IMG/VR virus record: IMGVR_UViG_3300028895_001083
Length of the DNA: 64,000 nucleotides
Strand: one strand, 5' to 3'
DNA from: a virus
Taxonomy: Duplodnaviria; Heunggongvirae; Uroviricota; Caudoviricetes
The notes under the pieces are model-generated. The model was not told the origin of the DNA. It ran no database searches and saw only the letters and a list, made by a program, of their open reading frames with translations. Position 1 is the first letter of the stretch. Each line of letters begins with the position of its first letter. The position numbers and the translations under genes are program-made. Below are positions 1 to 9,492 of this stretch, piece after piece.

Positions 1-81
1 TAGTGCAGCGTGTGGCGAAGGTGTCTAGCCGCGGCCGGGCAATAGTCAGGTGCACCTGGCAGGTCGAACAACGAGCGCCGA

Positions 82-147
82 GGTATCGGTTGGCGCCCGA
101 AAGGGCCACGACCAGGCCTGTTGGGGTTCGATTCCCCTTCGATACCG
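82..147 (+). tRNA. Degenerate tRNA-like element (possible pseudo-tRNA)
   Basis: Acceptor GGTATCG pairs with CGATACC. It has a canonical T-arm (GGGG-TTCGATT-CCCC) and a 5-bp stem with a 7-nt loop (ACGACCA). At 66 nt the D-arm is nearly absent and loop positions 33 and 37 are atypical. Confidence 0.3.
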
Positions 148-271
148 ACGCGCTTTTGATACAGAAACGCGTTTCCCCACGTGGGAACTCAAGGGATTGT
201 GCCCCCTTGAGAAAACTGGTAGCCCCGACCGGCAGTACCGACTGCTCAACCGGACTGACCGGTTCGGCGGA

Positions 272-598
272 CTACCTATAACCATGCTCGTAGTGTACGA
301 TTCGGTGACAGTTGGCGCACAGGACAATGCATTTGTCAATCTCTACTTGGATCCTCGCGATAGAGAATGAGCGATTGATCATCTCACTAACCTCGTGCGT
401 TTTTACAGCTGGATCCTCGTGGTGGAAGCATAAGCACCGAAAGTCGTCGCAGCCGCAATGTAGGCATACGCTACGTTTTTTGACCTCCTCGACAAACTCG
501 CGGTTGCGCTGTCGTGCGCGTGCGCAGCGCGCCTTATACTGCGCCTTGTTTGCTTGATAGTGTTTTGAGGCGTATTTCTTGGGATCTTTAGCTGGCAT
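272..598 (-). CDS. HNH homing-type endonuclease
   Basis: Translation contains CLHCGC...HHEDP...LCANCHR, the HNH zinc-finger nuclease motifs. A GGAGGG SD sits 5 nt upstream of the internal Met chosen as start. Confidence 0.8.
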   Translation of the reverse strand: MPAKDPKKYASKHYQANKAQYKARCARARQRNREFVEEVKKRSVCLHCGCDDFRCLCFHHEDPAVKTHEVSEMINRSFSIARIQVEIDKCIVLCANCHRIVHYEHGYR

Positions 599-679
599 TG
601 GTCCCTCCATGGTTAGAATACACAGTGCAGTTTCTAACCTAATTATGCCGGTAGCTGTCGTAACGTACAATAGGAATAA

Positions 680-753
680 CGCGGAGTGGTGCAGAGGCCT
701 AGCACGCGAGCCTCATAAGCTCGAAGTCGCGGGTTCGAATCCCGCCTCCGCAA
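680..753 (+). tRNA. tRNA-Met (anticodon CAT)
   Basis: Full cloverleaf: D-stem GTGC/GCAC, anticodon stem CGAGC/GCTCG with loop CTCATAA, T-arm GCGGG-TTCGAAT-CCCGC. Position 1:72 is a C:A mismatch. Confidence 0.75.
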
Positions 754-961
754 ATTGGTCGGTATATCAAGGATCATGCGAGCGAAAGCTGCAGTCAGCA
801 TAGTGCAACGGTATGGGCCCGCATGTAGCGGGTACCGCCTGCGCACTGAAGCGGGCCGGCCCGGGAGCAGACCCGGAATCCGGATGGACCCGTGCTGATC
901 GCCGTAAAGACTGATGCGGGAGCGAGATGTCCCGTACCGACCATGAAATAACGGCGCCGCG

Positions 962-1876
962 GTGGCGCCACATTGTTGTGCCATAGGAGAAAGACTCTTG
1001 GCAAAAGCTCGACGAAAAGTCGACCCCGTGGCGGCACTGGCCGCCGTCTCAGAAGCCGACGTCAAGCAGACGCTTGATCAGATCGGTGATTTACAAGCCA
1101 GCATGCAAGGTACGCTGGCAGGTCTTGGTGCCACGATGGTGTCCAAGATTGAGGAGCTCGGACAACTCAACACTGCCATCGACGTGCAGAAAGATGCGTT
1201 GAAAGAGCTCCACGATATCGAAGTACAAGCGGAAACGCTGGCCGAGCTCGAGGAGCGCGAACAGGAGCGCCTCACGGCTCACGAAAAGGCTGCGGAAGCG
1301 AGGGCACTCGAGTGGGCCGAACAGGACGCCGCACGATTGCAGTTGCTGACCCGCGAATCCGAACAGGCACAGTACCAGCGCGAGCAACGCGAGAAGCGTG
1401 CGCTTGAGGAATTCAACGCCAGCGTCACCGAACGTCAGCGCCAAGAACGCTTTCGGATGGAAGACGTGAACCGGCAGATGTCGGACAAGATCGAGGCTGT
1501 CGAAGCGCGTGAGGCTGCGGTGTCGGAGAAGGAGGAAGAGATTGCCGCCTTCCCGGCTAAGCTGGAGGCTGCTGTCGCTGCTGCGACGGAGGCAGCCGAG
1601 ACGAAAGCTCAACAGGCGTTCGGCCATGAGCGGACGATCCTCAAGAAGGACGCCGAGGGCAAACTGGCGCTGGCGCACCAGCAGATCCAGGCGCTCGAAG
1701 CGACGATCCGCAGCCTGCAGGATCAACTGGAAGCTGCCGAGAACGCCGCACGCGACGCACAGACGGACGCGAAAGAGATTTCGCAGAAGGCCGTCGAGGC
1801 GAGTGCGGATCGTCAGGCGCTCACGACGCTGCAAAAGGCGATGGAGGTTCAGGCCTCTGCGCCGCAGAAGCGATAG
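962..1876 (+). CDS. Coiled-coil protein (A/E/Q/R-rich), unknown function
   Basis: Long ORF with heptad-like charged composition. The antisense ORF is R/L-rich junk typical of a shadow frame. GTG start at 962; an alternative TTG at 998 has an AGGAG SD. Confidence 0.55.
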   Translation: MAPHCCAIGERLLAKARRKVDPVAALAAVSEADVKQTLDQIGDLQASMQGTLAGLGATMVSKIEELGQLNTAIDVQKDALKELHDIEVQAETLAELEEREQERLTAHEKAAEARALEWAEQDAARLQLLTRESEQAQYQREQREKRALEEFNASVTERQRQERFRMEDVNRQMSDKIEAVEAREAAVSEKEEEIAAFPAKLEAAVAAATEAAETKAQQAFGHERTILKKDAEGKLALAHQQIQALEATIRSLQDQLEAAENAARDAQTDAKEISQKAVEASADRQALTTLQKAMEVQASAPQKR

Positions 1877-2071
1877 GAAGCACAAGCGGCGGTTGGGAAG
1901 TCTGCGGGAGCCCGTTTATGCGCTTAGCGGCGCAGGGCGATGAGCAAGGACTGTGCAATCCATCTGTCGTTGTCGCTCAGATGACGTGCGCTGCGAGGCA
2001 AAGTCAGGTCTGAGGACTAAAATGGAGGTATAGGATGGCGCGCGCTAGGCCTAATCACTTACCTCCTAAAT

Positions 2072-2144
2072 GGCCCGTTGGTCTATCGGTTATGACACCG
2101 GACTTTCGATCCGGTAAGGGTGGGTTCGATTCCCCCACGGGTCA
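2072..2144 (+). tRNA. tRNA-Glu (anticodon TTC)
   Basis: Acceptor GGCCCGT/ACGGGTC, anticodon stem CCGGA/TCCGG with loop CTTTCGA, T-loop TTCGATT. Confidence 0.8.
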
Positions 2145-2583
2145 CTTGCGCAGCTTGTTCACCGTCTGTTTAGATGCGATCGCGCATCGCACCAGGCCTC
2201 TCGGCGCGCATTGGGAGAGGATGGCAGATGAACGAGTTATTGACTCCGGCAAGAACGCTTGCCCAACGCTGGGAGCAATAGAGGTGGGTGTTAAAGCCGT
2301 GGCAACGGGTTGATACCACCTAAGCGCACAAATCACATGCGTACGGGCTATGTAGGTACGGGAGAGCCGGCCGTTCTTCGGGAGCGGTTGCCGCCCTAGG
2401 TAGGTGAAACCAATTCCGCGAGGAGTCGGGATTAGCTGGACGGGTCCGTCAAGAGCGCCGCGGTGCATAGGTTGCGGGAGTAGCCAGCGGGATTGAATTG
2501 CGTCGTCGCTGGTCCGCCAACAGTGACCACCATACCACGGCTATGTGTCGCAACGGTCGGGGTGGTCCATGGTACGCATGATT

Positions 2584-2599
2584 TTATTCACGTCAATAA
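2584..2599 (+). promoter_or_regulatory. Palindrome-family site 1 (TTATTCacgtCAATAA, one mismatch)
   Basis: Lies 3 nt upstream of the SD of gene 2612. Confidence 0.45.
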
Positions 2600-2611
2600 G
2601 ATTGGAGACCG

Positions 2612-2866
2612 ATGGATTTCGAGGAAGCTCTGCGCCAGTGGTGCGCACGCAACCTGCAGGTCACGCTGAGCCACTTCGATCGTGACAACGGCTTGCTTGA
2701 CTTGGTTCTCGACCTTTACGTGAATGGCGTCGTCGTTTCGACGGCGACCACGATGGTCGATCTTAACGAGCTGCTCCGGAAACCCGAACCGGAGCCGGAT
2801 CCGCCGTCCGACGAGCGGAATCCACGAGGCGTGCGGCTCGATCGCACGGAAAGCCCTGTGGTGTAA
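2612..2866 (+). CDS. Hypothetical protein
   Basis: ATG with a GGAGAC SD. Preceded by palindrome site 1 (2584-2599). The 3' end overlaps the predicted tRNA-Gln by 15 nt. Confidence 0.5.
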   Translation: MDFEEALRQWCARNLQVTLSHFDRDNGLLDLVLDLYVNGVVVSTATTMVDLNELLRKPEPEPDPPSDERNPRGVRLDRTESPVV

Positions 2867-2924
2867 TCGGTAACACACGGGATTTTGGTTCCCGTATTGC
2901 TAGGTTCGAGTCCTGCCGGGGCTT
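2852..2924 (+). tRNA. tRNA-Gln (anticodon TTG)
   Basis: Acceptor AGCCCTG/CGGGGCT, D-stem GTGT/ACAC, anticodon stem CGGGA/TCCCG with loop TTTTGGT, T-loop TTCGAGT. Confidence 0.7.
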
Positions 2925-2926
2925 CT

Positions 2927-3637
2927 ATGGCAATGATTGCTGAGGCTTTGCCAATCATCCAGTATCGCAACGATACAGTCGGCAACAGCCACCACGTGTC
3001 GCTACCAAGAGCTAAAACATGCCCGGGGCGGTCGCATCTTTGCGATGAGTTGTGCTACGGGAAAAAGGGGTGCTGCGCGCAGCCGCATTCCGTGGCGTCA
3101 TATGAACGCTTCTACAAGGCAACACTGCGCGAAGACTTCGCCGATTGCATGATCGCGCAGTTGGCACGCAAGCGTGCCGGCATCTTTCGCATCCATGCCG
3201 TGGGTGACTTCTACAGCGCGGCTTACATCAACAAATGGCGTAAGATCGTGCAGGCGTCGCCGCACATTAAGTTCTGGACGTATACTCGCTCCTGGCGGAT
3301 TCCGTGGCTGTACAGACACCTGCGACAGCTAGCTGCGCTGCCAAACATGAGCATGTTCTGGTCCACAGACGCCGAAACGCATGCACGTAATGGTGCGCCG
3401 CCGCACGTACCGTATGTACGCGTAGCGCACCTCCGGTCGTCCGACGACGAGACCATCCCGTGGTACGCCGATGTTGTTTGGTGCGACCACCGTGGTGTAG
3501 TCTGGCCAGAGCCGTATCTACGATCCTGCCCGCAGGGTTTGGTCGAAGGATGTAACTGCCGCGATTGTCAGTGGTGCGTTCAAAAATCGATGTCACGCCG
3601 TGATCGCTTGGCGCTGGGAACCGTACCAGCCACGTGA
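2927..3637 (+). CDS. Cys-rich hypothetical protein
   Basis: ORF begins immediately after tRNA-Gln. It carries Cys clusters CPGRSHLCDELCYGKKGCC and CNCRDCQWC, suggesting metal binding. Confidence 0.55.
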   Translation: MAMIAEALPIIQYRNDTVGNSHHVSLPRAKTCPGRSHLCDELCYGKKGCCAQPHSVASYERFYKATLREDFADCMIAQLARKRAGIFRIHAVGDFYSAAYINKWRKIVQASPHIKFWTYTRSWRIPWLYRHLRQLAALPNMSMFWSTDAETHARNGAPPHVPYVRVAHLRSSDDETIPWYADVVWCDHRGVVWPEPYLRSCPQGLVEGCNCRDCQWCVQKSMSRRDRLALGTVPAT

Positions 3638-3644
3638 GGAAAAC

Positions 3645-3914
3645 ATGTCTACACGCGATATTGAAGAACTTGAGGATGCGTTCGACGCACAGGTCGGACG
3701 TTGTGAGCCGAACAAAGTTGTCGGCATACAGTTTCAGGGTGAATGGTTAAAGCTTGGCAGTAAGAGCGCATGGCACGGCACCGGGCCGGCTAAGAACGCG
3801 CTGCGCCAGCGTCTACGATACATCACCCGCTGGGATCGTGAGGACGCGTCGCGTCTGTATGATCACCTCATCAACAACGGACTGATTGAGTTCGTTCCAC
3901 TCATGCCCGAATAG
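3645..3914 (+). CDS. Hypothetical protein
   Basis: ATG with a GAGGAA SD; coding-like composition. Confidence 0.55.
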   Translation: MSTRDIEELEDAFDAQVGRCEPNKVVGIQFQGEWLKLGSKSAWHGTGPAKNALRQRLRYITRWDREDASRLYDHLINNGLIEFVPLMPE

Positions 3915-3923
3915 GAGTGCCCT

Positions 3924-4067
3924 ATGTCTGAGGAATCGGGTGATCGTAGCTTGGTACACATCGACGATGGCGGCTGCCTCGGTTGCGGCTGCTTCATCTT
4001 CTTGGTGTTGCTGGGCTTGGCGGCGCTATCGCTTGCGACGTCTTTCGGGCGATGGCTGTGCAGCTAA
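3924..4067 (+). CDS. Small membrane protein (48 aa, one TM helix)
   Basis: AGGAG SD. Hydrophobic stretch CFIFLVLLGLAALSLA. Too short for the ORF track. Confidence 0.4.
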   Translation: MSEESGDRSLVHIDDGGCLGCGCFIFLVLLGLAALSLATSFGRWLCS

Positions 4068-4195
4068 ACGATGTATATTCCGAAGTGGGACGACGCATGT
4101 TCTGCAGGTAATTCTCCGTTTACGCTGCTAGTCTACGTTTTCGGCGACTGGGCGTGCTTGTCACCCTGGCACAGGCCGAATATCTATCCGAGGGT

Positions 4196-4456
4196 ATGGT
4201 TGCCCGCGGGTTTACTTATCCAGCAGCACGGTGCGGCATCCGGATCACCGGCGGCCACGTGTTAATCTGGCTCAAAAATCGATTATTGGAGATGGGATAT
4301 CTCAAATGCGGTTCGACCTATCCCCCAGGGGTTAATACCGCCGACGAGGACGGTATGCAGTTAGATGGTCATGTAGCGCGTTCGAAGATAGCGTCCACTC
4401 CGTTGGTGATCCGCCCGATCGATCGGGTGGCTCATCGCGTATCCCGTGATCGTTAA
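4196..4456 (+). CDS. Hypothetical protein
   Basis: ATG with a GAGGG SD; moderate GC3. Confidence 0.4.
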   Translation: MVARGFTYPAARCGIRITGGHVLIWLKNRLLEMGYLKCGSTYPPGVNTADEDGMQLDGHVARSKIASTPLVIRPIDRVAHRVSRDR

Positions 4457-5837
4457 TGTTCACCCCAATAGGAGAAAAGAAACAGTGCCAAATGACGGAC
4501 TTGGTCCCCCACGTGTAGGGGACCGGTGCCGAGTCATCAAAGCCAGCATGTGGGCTCGTGCGGAAGATCGTGCCGGCAACTTAGTAGTCGGCGACACGTT
4601 CACCGTTGTCAGAGTCCGCGGAGTGCGTGCTGACGGCGGACCCGGAGTTGAATTCCGGACGTACGAGGGCAACCTTCACACCTTTCCGATCGGCGATGTC
4701 GAAGTCATCGCACGTGCGAGCGGTGAGGACGCCCCACAGGAATTCAGATCCGGTGATTTGGTACACGTCGTATCGAAACCGATTTCTGCGCACAACCCGC
4801 ATCACGCCGGGTATCTGCAGCGCGGACATGTTATCCAGGTATCACACGCTGAGGACCGGTGGATTCATTACGATCTGCCGGGCGGCGGCACACAGTCGAT
4901 ACATGCGACTGATTGCCGCTTGCTCTGGCGTTCCGACGATGCAGAGATTATACCTGGGTGCACTGTGACTGTGCTACGTAACAACGTCTCAGCGCGGAAG
5001 CAACACATCGGCGCTTTGCTGGAGGTAGGCGACCACCTGAGGGTGTTACGCACGGACGGTAAATCGGTTTGGTACAAACGTGTAAATGATGGCTACGGTC
5101 AAGAACACAATATCCCATATAAGGACGTCCGCCGTGACGGGTGTGATGATGTGTTCAAAGACTGCCGCGCAAGAGACGTGGTAGTTGTCAAAAATCCGCA
5201 CGGTTGCATGCACCCAGATGGGCATCGGCAGCTGCGCAAGGGTGACATGGTCACTGTCAGCAATCGCGATAGCTGCGGCATCGCGTATAAATACATCAAT
5301 GCGGAGGGCAAGCTGGCTTTGGCCTGGTTGGACCACCGCGATATTGTGCTGTACAGACGACCGGTCGCCGGAGGTGCTGGGCCTCGACGCAAGAAGCCCA
5401 AGAAATCAAGCCGGTACCCTATGAAAGCCATGAGTACCGGTCGAACCAAAACTGTTTCTGAAACCAAAGAAGGAGCTTGTGACGCTATGCAGTCATTCAA
5501 CGCCAATCGAGAAGAGTATATCAAGTTGCTGGAGGCCCACTTCACCAAGTGCGAGGCCGCCAAGAAAGAAGCCGATGCCAGCATCGCCGCGGCGCTCAAG
5601 GAAGGCTCGGCGAAGATCACCGAACGCGTGGAGAAAGCCCCGACGAGCCACGTCAGCGCGGACGTCAAGGTCGCCACGTATTCGGGGCCGAACATCGCCA
5701 ACCTCGCGGCGCATATCGCGACGTTGAAGCGTTGCTGCGACGAGGTCGTTGAAGTCGACGCCCGCGAAGATCAGCAATACTTCGCCGAGCCGTCGGTCAA
5801 CATGGACCGTCACGCGCAGGTTACGCTCAGCATGTAG
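4446..5837 (+). CDS. Hypothetical protein (463 aa) with C-terminal K/E-rich helical segment
   Basis: Long ORF. GTG start at 4446; an alternative GTG at 4485 has an AGGAG SD. Confidence 0.6.
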   Translation: MIVNVHPNRRKETVPNDGLGPPRVGDRCRVIKASMWARAEDRAGNLVVGDTFTVVRVRGVRADGGPGVEFRTYEGNLHTFPIGDVEVIARASGEDAPQEFRSGDLVHVVSKPISAHNPHHAGYLQRGHVIQVSHAEDRWIHYDLPGGGTQSIHATDCRLLWRSDDAEIIPGCTVTVLRNNVSARKQHIGALLEVGDHLRVLRTDGKSVWYKRVNDGYGQEHNIPYKDVRRDGCDDVFKDCRARDVVVVKNPHGCMHPDGHRQLRKGDMVTVSNRDSCGIAYKYINAEGKLALAWLDHRDIVLYRRPVAGGAGPRRKKPKKSSRYPMKAMSTGRTKTVSETKEGACDAMQSFNANREEYIKLLEAHFTKCEAAKKEADASIAAALKEGSAKITERVEKAPTSHVSADVKVATYSGPNIANLAAHIATLKRCCDEVVEVDAREDQQYFAEPSVNMDRHAQVTLSM

Positions 5838-5944
5838 CAAACCATCAGAGTGTCTTTCTCAAGAAAGGCAACAGGGGCGGCGGTTGACCGCTTCCGCCGC
5901 CCCTACTTTTACTTTCAAGCATACAACTACCGGGAGGGTTCACA

Positions 5945-6454
5945 ATGAACAGACGAGACATGCTGAAGACATCGGCCGCTGCCGTTGCGGCCACCGGGAT
6001 GCTCCCGCGCGCGGAAGCCAAACCCACACCGACGGGCGACAAACAGATCATCGAACATTACGCCGCGACGATCTATGCGATCCCAGTCGTGGCCGCCCGG
6101 CGTGTTCTGGGCCTCTACCGCGGTGACTACAGCCTGTCCGTGTTGAAGGACGGCCAGCTGCTCGGCAATGCCAGGATAGTCGTTGCAACCGAAGAGGACA
6201 TCGACCGGTTCTTCAAGCCCGTGGCCGTCGGAGACGGTTTTACTCCGCGGATGGTAGCGAAGATACCGTCGGTGCGCTTCGGTGACGATCTCACTCTTAG
6301 AGACTTCTGGGTCTATACCGATCCGCCGGAGCCGGCCGACGGCTTCGTGAACCGTGAGGGTGCTGGCAAACTGATCGGCCTGCCGTACGCAACCTACGGC
6401 GGACGCCTCTGGAGAATGAAAGGACGTAAGCTCTATGAAATTCGGGACTCTTAG
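5945..6454 (+). CDS. Tat-signal secreted protein
   Basis: N-terminus MNRRDMLKTSAAAVAATGMLPRAEA is a twin-arginine signal peptide with an AxA cleavage site. GGGAGGG SD. Confidence 0.65.
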   Translation: MNRRDMLKTSAAAVAATGMLPRAEAKPTPTGDKQIIEHYAATIYAIPVVAARRVLGLYRGDYSLSVLKDGQLLGNARIVVATEEDIDRFFKPVAVGDGFTPRMVAKIPSVRFGDDLTLRDFWVYTDPPEPADGFVNREGAGKLIGLPYATYGGRLWRMKGRKLYEIRDS

Positions 6455-7325
6455 CGTCGTTTGCGGCACGTCCGCATGCAACGCCGGCTGCCCGTTCTGC
6501 GTGAGCAAGATGACCACGCAGGCAGAAACCGTAAAGAGGCCAAACTGGAGGCGATGTGAGGTCGCCTGCGAATTGGCAAAGCGCAGCGGCGTGACCACTG
6601 CGCTGATTACCGGTAAAGGCGAGCCCACACTCGTCCCCAAAGAGATTTCCGCCTACGTCCGCCGCCTCGCCGTGCACTTCCCGTTGATCGAACTGCAGAC
6701 CAACGGGATTATGCTGGCACACGAGAAGGACGACAGATGGATAAACGAGTGGGCGTGCTCCGGCATGACGCTCATCTGTGTCTCGGTGGTACATCACGAG
6801 AAACTGATCAACAGCGACATGATGGGCTACAAAGGCAAGGAGTTCGAGCTGTCGACGCTGATCGAGCGCATCCACAAAGCCGGTATGTCCGTGCGGATCA
6901 ACTGCACGGCCATGAAAGGCGGCGTTGAGACGTCCGACCACATCCACGACATGATCGACTTCTGCGCCTGCTTCGATGTCGAGCAGTTCACTATCCGCGA
7001 GGTCACTGCGCCGGACGCTGACGAACGCGTCGCACATCCCGGCGTCGCCAAATGGGTCCACGAGCATCAGCTCAACCAAAAGGACAGTGACGGCGCTAAG
7101 ATCGCCGGCGATCTGGCCATCCAGCGCGCAGTCGAGGAGCTGGGTGGGCAGAAACTGCTGGCACTTCCACATGGCGCAATGGTCTACGATGTCGGAGGCC
7201 AGAACGTCTGCACGAACAATTGCTTGACGGATACGCTCAATCCAGAAGAGATCCGCCAGCTCATTTACTTCCGGGACGGCCATTTGAGGTACGACTGGAA
7301 GTATCCCGGTGCTATCATCATCTAG
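6435..7325 (+). CDS. Radical SAM enzyme (family not resolved; QueE-like or activase-like)
   Basis: CNAGCPFC is a CX3CX2C 4Fe-4S/SAM motif at the N-terminus. A glycine-rich ITGKGEPTL SAM-binding motif follows. Confidence 0.8.
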   Translation: MKFGTLSVVCGTSACNAGCPFCVSKMTTQAETVKRPNWRRCEVACELAKRSGVTTALITGKGEPTLVPKEISAYVRRLAVHFPLIELQTNGIMLAHEKDDRWINEWACSGMTLICVSVVHHEKLINSDMMGYKGKEFELSTLIERIHKAGMSVRINCTAMKGGVETSDHIHDMIDFCACFDVEQFTIREVTAPDADERVAHPGVAKWVHEHQLNQKDSDGAKIAGDLAIQRAVEELGGQKLLALPHGAMVYDVGGQNVCTNNCLTDTLNPEEIRQLIYFRDGHLRYDWKYPGAIII

Positions 7326-7334
7326 GAGACTAAG

Positions 7335-7436
7335 ATGAAGGAACACCACCAGCTTGCGGCAGTATTAATAGGCACGCTGCTTATCCCGGCGCTGCTGGTA
7401 CTGACGTATGCTATCCTTTATGCCTATGGGGATTGA
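7335..7436 (+). CDS. Small membrane protein (33 aa)
   Basis: AGGAGA SD. Single TM helix LAAVLIGTLLIPALLVLTYAILYAY. Confidence 0.4.
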   Translation: MKEHHQLAAVLIGTLLIPALLVLTYAILYAYGD

Positions 7437-7666
7437 CCATGGGAAACCGACGACGCAAAACCGGCGGCAAACGCCGGAAAAGTGTACGTTGCACCCTGTG
7501 CACCGACGTTCGGTGGCTGGGCAACGCCTCGGGTAGATTCAAACGCAAAGACGAACTCGAGATGCGCGACCGAGGGCGCTTGGAGGAGTTCGAGAAGGAG
7601 AAAGACGATGGCCAAACTACTGGGCCAGGGGGTGAACACCCTCAAGAAGATGAAGAACGACTGTGA
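7433..7666 (+). CDS. Small basic protein (CxxC-containing)
   Basis: ATG overlaps the upstream stop (TGAccATG). R/K-rich with CTLCTD. It overlaps the next gene by about 58 nt. Confidence 0.35.
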   Translation: MTMGNRRRKTGGKRRKSVRCTLCTDVRWLGNASGRFKRKDELEMRDRGRLEEFEKEKDDGQTTGPGGEHPQEDEERL

Positions 7667-8393
7667 AAAAGTCGTGACCAAGCAGTACCAGTTGCTGCAG
7701 GTCTCGCAGTCCTTCGGTGGGTATGACAAGTCGTACACGCCGCTGGACGAAGACGGTCGTCAGCTGCCCAGCGAGGGGCAGACGATCAAGCAGGACCCGC
7801 GCGATCTCGTCGCCCGCGTCGAGAAAGAGTGGACCGCACTTTTCGACATGATGGCGGGCTGCGACAAGACGAACTGCACGGCCGCAGCGGACATCGTGGT
7901 CCGCGACGAAGCCGGCGACCCGTTCGTCATCGCCGAGCGCGTGCCCGTCACGACGCTGATGCCGCTGCAGAAGAAAGCAGACGACATCCTCACACTCATC
8001 CGCCACATCCCGACGCTCTCGATGAGCCGTACGTGGACGTGGGACGACAACGCAAACTGCTACGTGTCGGATGAGGAGTTCACGGACAAGACCGAAAAGG
8101 TGCACCGCCACCAGATCGTCGTCGAGCCCACCGAATTCCACCCGGCGCAGACGCATACGTACACCGAGGACCGCCCGATCGGTACCTGGCGAACGGTTTG
8201 GACCACGTCCTGCCGTCCGGCAGCCGAAGTGGCGGCCATGGAGGCGCGCGCCATTGCATTCAAATACGCAATCGGCGAAGCTGTGCAGAAGGCCAACACG
8301 GCCGAAATGCAAGAGAGAAAGATCGCCAAGCCGATCTTTGATTGGATCCTTCGGGGAGTGAAGCCTGCAGCCCAACAGCCCAGCGAGGCATAG
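7608..8393 (+). CDS. Hypothetical protein
   Basis: ATG with a GGAGAA SD; 262 aa. The antisense ORF was rejected. Confidence 0.6.
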   Translation: MAKLLGQGVNTLKKMKNDCEKVVTKQYQLLQVSQSFGGYDKSYTPLDEDGRQLPSEGQTIKQDPRDLVARVEKEWTALFDMMAGCDKTNCTAAADIVVRDEAGDPFVIAERVPVTTLMPLQKKADDILTLIRHIPTLSMSRTWTWDDNANCYVSDEEFTDKTEKVHRHQIVVEPTEFHPAQTHTYTEDRPIGTWRTVWTTSCRPAAEVAAMEARAIAFKYAIGEAVQKANTAEMQERKIAKPIFDWILRGVKPAAQQPSEA

Positions 8394-8447
8394 GCGCAGG
8401 CATAACAGAGCTTTAGAGTCAGGTTTAGATTTATGTTAGAGGGACCC

Positions 8448-8469
8448 GTGCGCTCTGCGCACTTTTAGG
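8448..8469 (+). terminator. Rho-independent terminator
   Basis: GTGCGC-tct-GCGCAC hairpin followed by TTTTAGG, directly after the stop at 8393. Confidence 0.5.
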
Positions 8470-8908
8470 TTCGAGTCCTGACGCGGGCACTTTTTCGACT
8501 GTCCGTGTGGCGAAATTGGAAAACGCAGGTCCCCTCCCAGCAGACTTCGACAGCTTACTCCTAGGCTCACATAGGTTTGTCATGATGTGCAATCAATCGC
8601 TACGAGAAACCCATTTTGAATATACGGGTTAGATTCCCGTCCCGGCCTCCTTATTGTCCACACGCTACCCATAAGGGCCGGGTCGTATAATGTTAATACG
8701 TTCAACATACTCAGACTAACCTCGTGGCTTAAACGGTGGACAGTGCATATCTGCGTTTACGCTAAACCGAACCCAGGGCCCCCCCTGTCAGGACAATATG
8801 GGTTAGGGGCCCGCCAGTGCCGAGTCAATAGTCGACAGCCGTGGCTTCACAGCCTTGCGGTAGCCCGGTGCGATCCCGGGTCGGCGCTCTCATAGAAAGG
8901 AGGACGAC

Positions 8909-9262
8909 ATGTCCGAAGAACTCGATACCAGTACCGACATCTCGCCGTCCGACGACGGATCGGAACTGAACGTACACATCGACCTCACGCCGAAAAACGA
9001 CAAGTCGGAGACGTTGGTGTGCAACTGGTGTGCTGAGCCGCACGCCGTCGACGCTGATTACAAGGAAGCGATGCTCGAACGTGGCGAAGAGCAGCTTATG
9101 GTGCTCCGCCAGCAGTATCCCGACAAAGCCGAGGTGCACGAGCTCGAGCCCGACCAGACATGGACATGCGGCAGGTGCTTGCTATTCCTGTGCGGGCATT
9201 CGCCCGATTCCATGCGAACCGACTGCCACGATCACGCAGTCCCAGAAGAGAGACAAACGTGA
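8909..9262 (+). CDS. Acidic Cys-containing hypothetical protein
   Basis: Perfect AAAGGAGG SD. CNWC...CGRC...C..H spacing suggests a zinc ribbon. Confidence 0.6.
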   Translation: MSEELDTSTDISPSDDGSELNVHIDLTPKNDKSETLVCNWCAEPHAVDADYKEAMLERGEEQLMVLRQQYPDKAEVHELEPDQTWTCGRCLLFLCGHSPDSMRTDCHDHAVPEERQT

Positions 9263-9480
9263 TGAGCGTCGAGTATATCGACACTGACTTGTGGACGAAA
9301 CGGTGCGGCAGCGACTACAGCCGCAACCGCTTCTCGCTCGGCCTGGCGCTCAGCCGCGTCGACTGCTTGGACTTCATCCTTGTGAGTGTGTACATCGGCC
9401 CCTGGAAACTCTGGTGGCGTACACGCACCAAGGCGGAACGCATCAAAAAGGCCGAGGCCGCTTGGCCTTGGTGGTACTAA
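9262..9480 (+). CDS. Hypothetical protein (W-rich)
   Basis: ATG overlaps the upstream TGA (TGATG), consistent with translational coupling. Confidence 0.55.
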   Translation: MSVEYIDTDLWTKRCGSDYSRNRFSLGLALSRVDCLDFILVSVYIGPWKLWWRTRTKAERIKKAEAAWPWWY

Positions 9481-9492
9481 AAGGAGGATACG

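Noticed and set aside
1091-1885. 264-aa minus-strand ORF fully inside the coiled-coil gene
   Set aside because: R/L-rich composition typical of the antisense shadow of a GC-rich A/E/Q coiled-coil gene. The plus frame is better supported.
3886-4131. 81-aa ORF overlapping the small membrane-protein gene
   Set aside because: Different frame from the SD-supported 3924-4067 gene; Cys/Trp/Arg-rich composition looks non-coding.
7617-8375. 252-aa minus-strand ORF opposite gene 7608-8393
   Set aside because: Arg/His/Leu-rich shadow-frame composition. The plus-strand gene has an SD and coherent sequence.
8470-8500. GGTTCGAGTCC T-loop-like sequence, considered as a tRNA 3' fragment or attP core
   Set aside because: No complementary acceptor 5' strand or anticodon arm upstream, and no integrase in the window. 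The local hairpins fit transcription terminators better.
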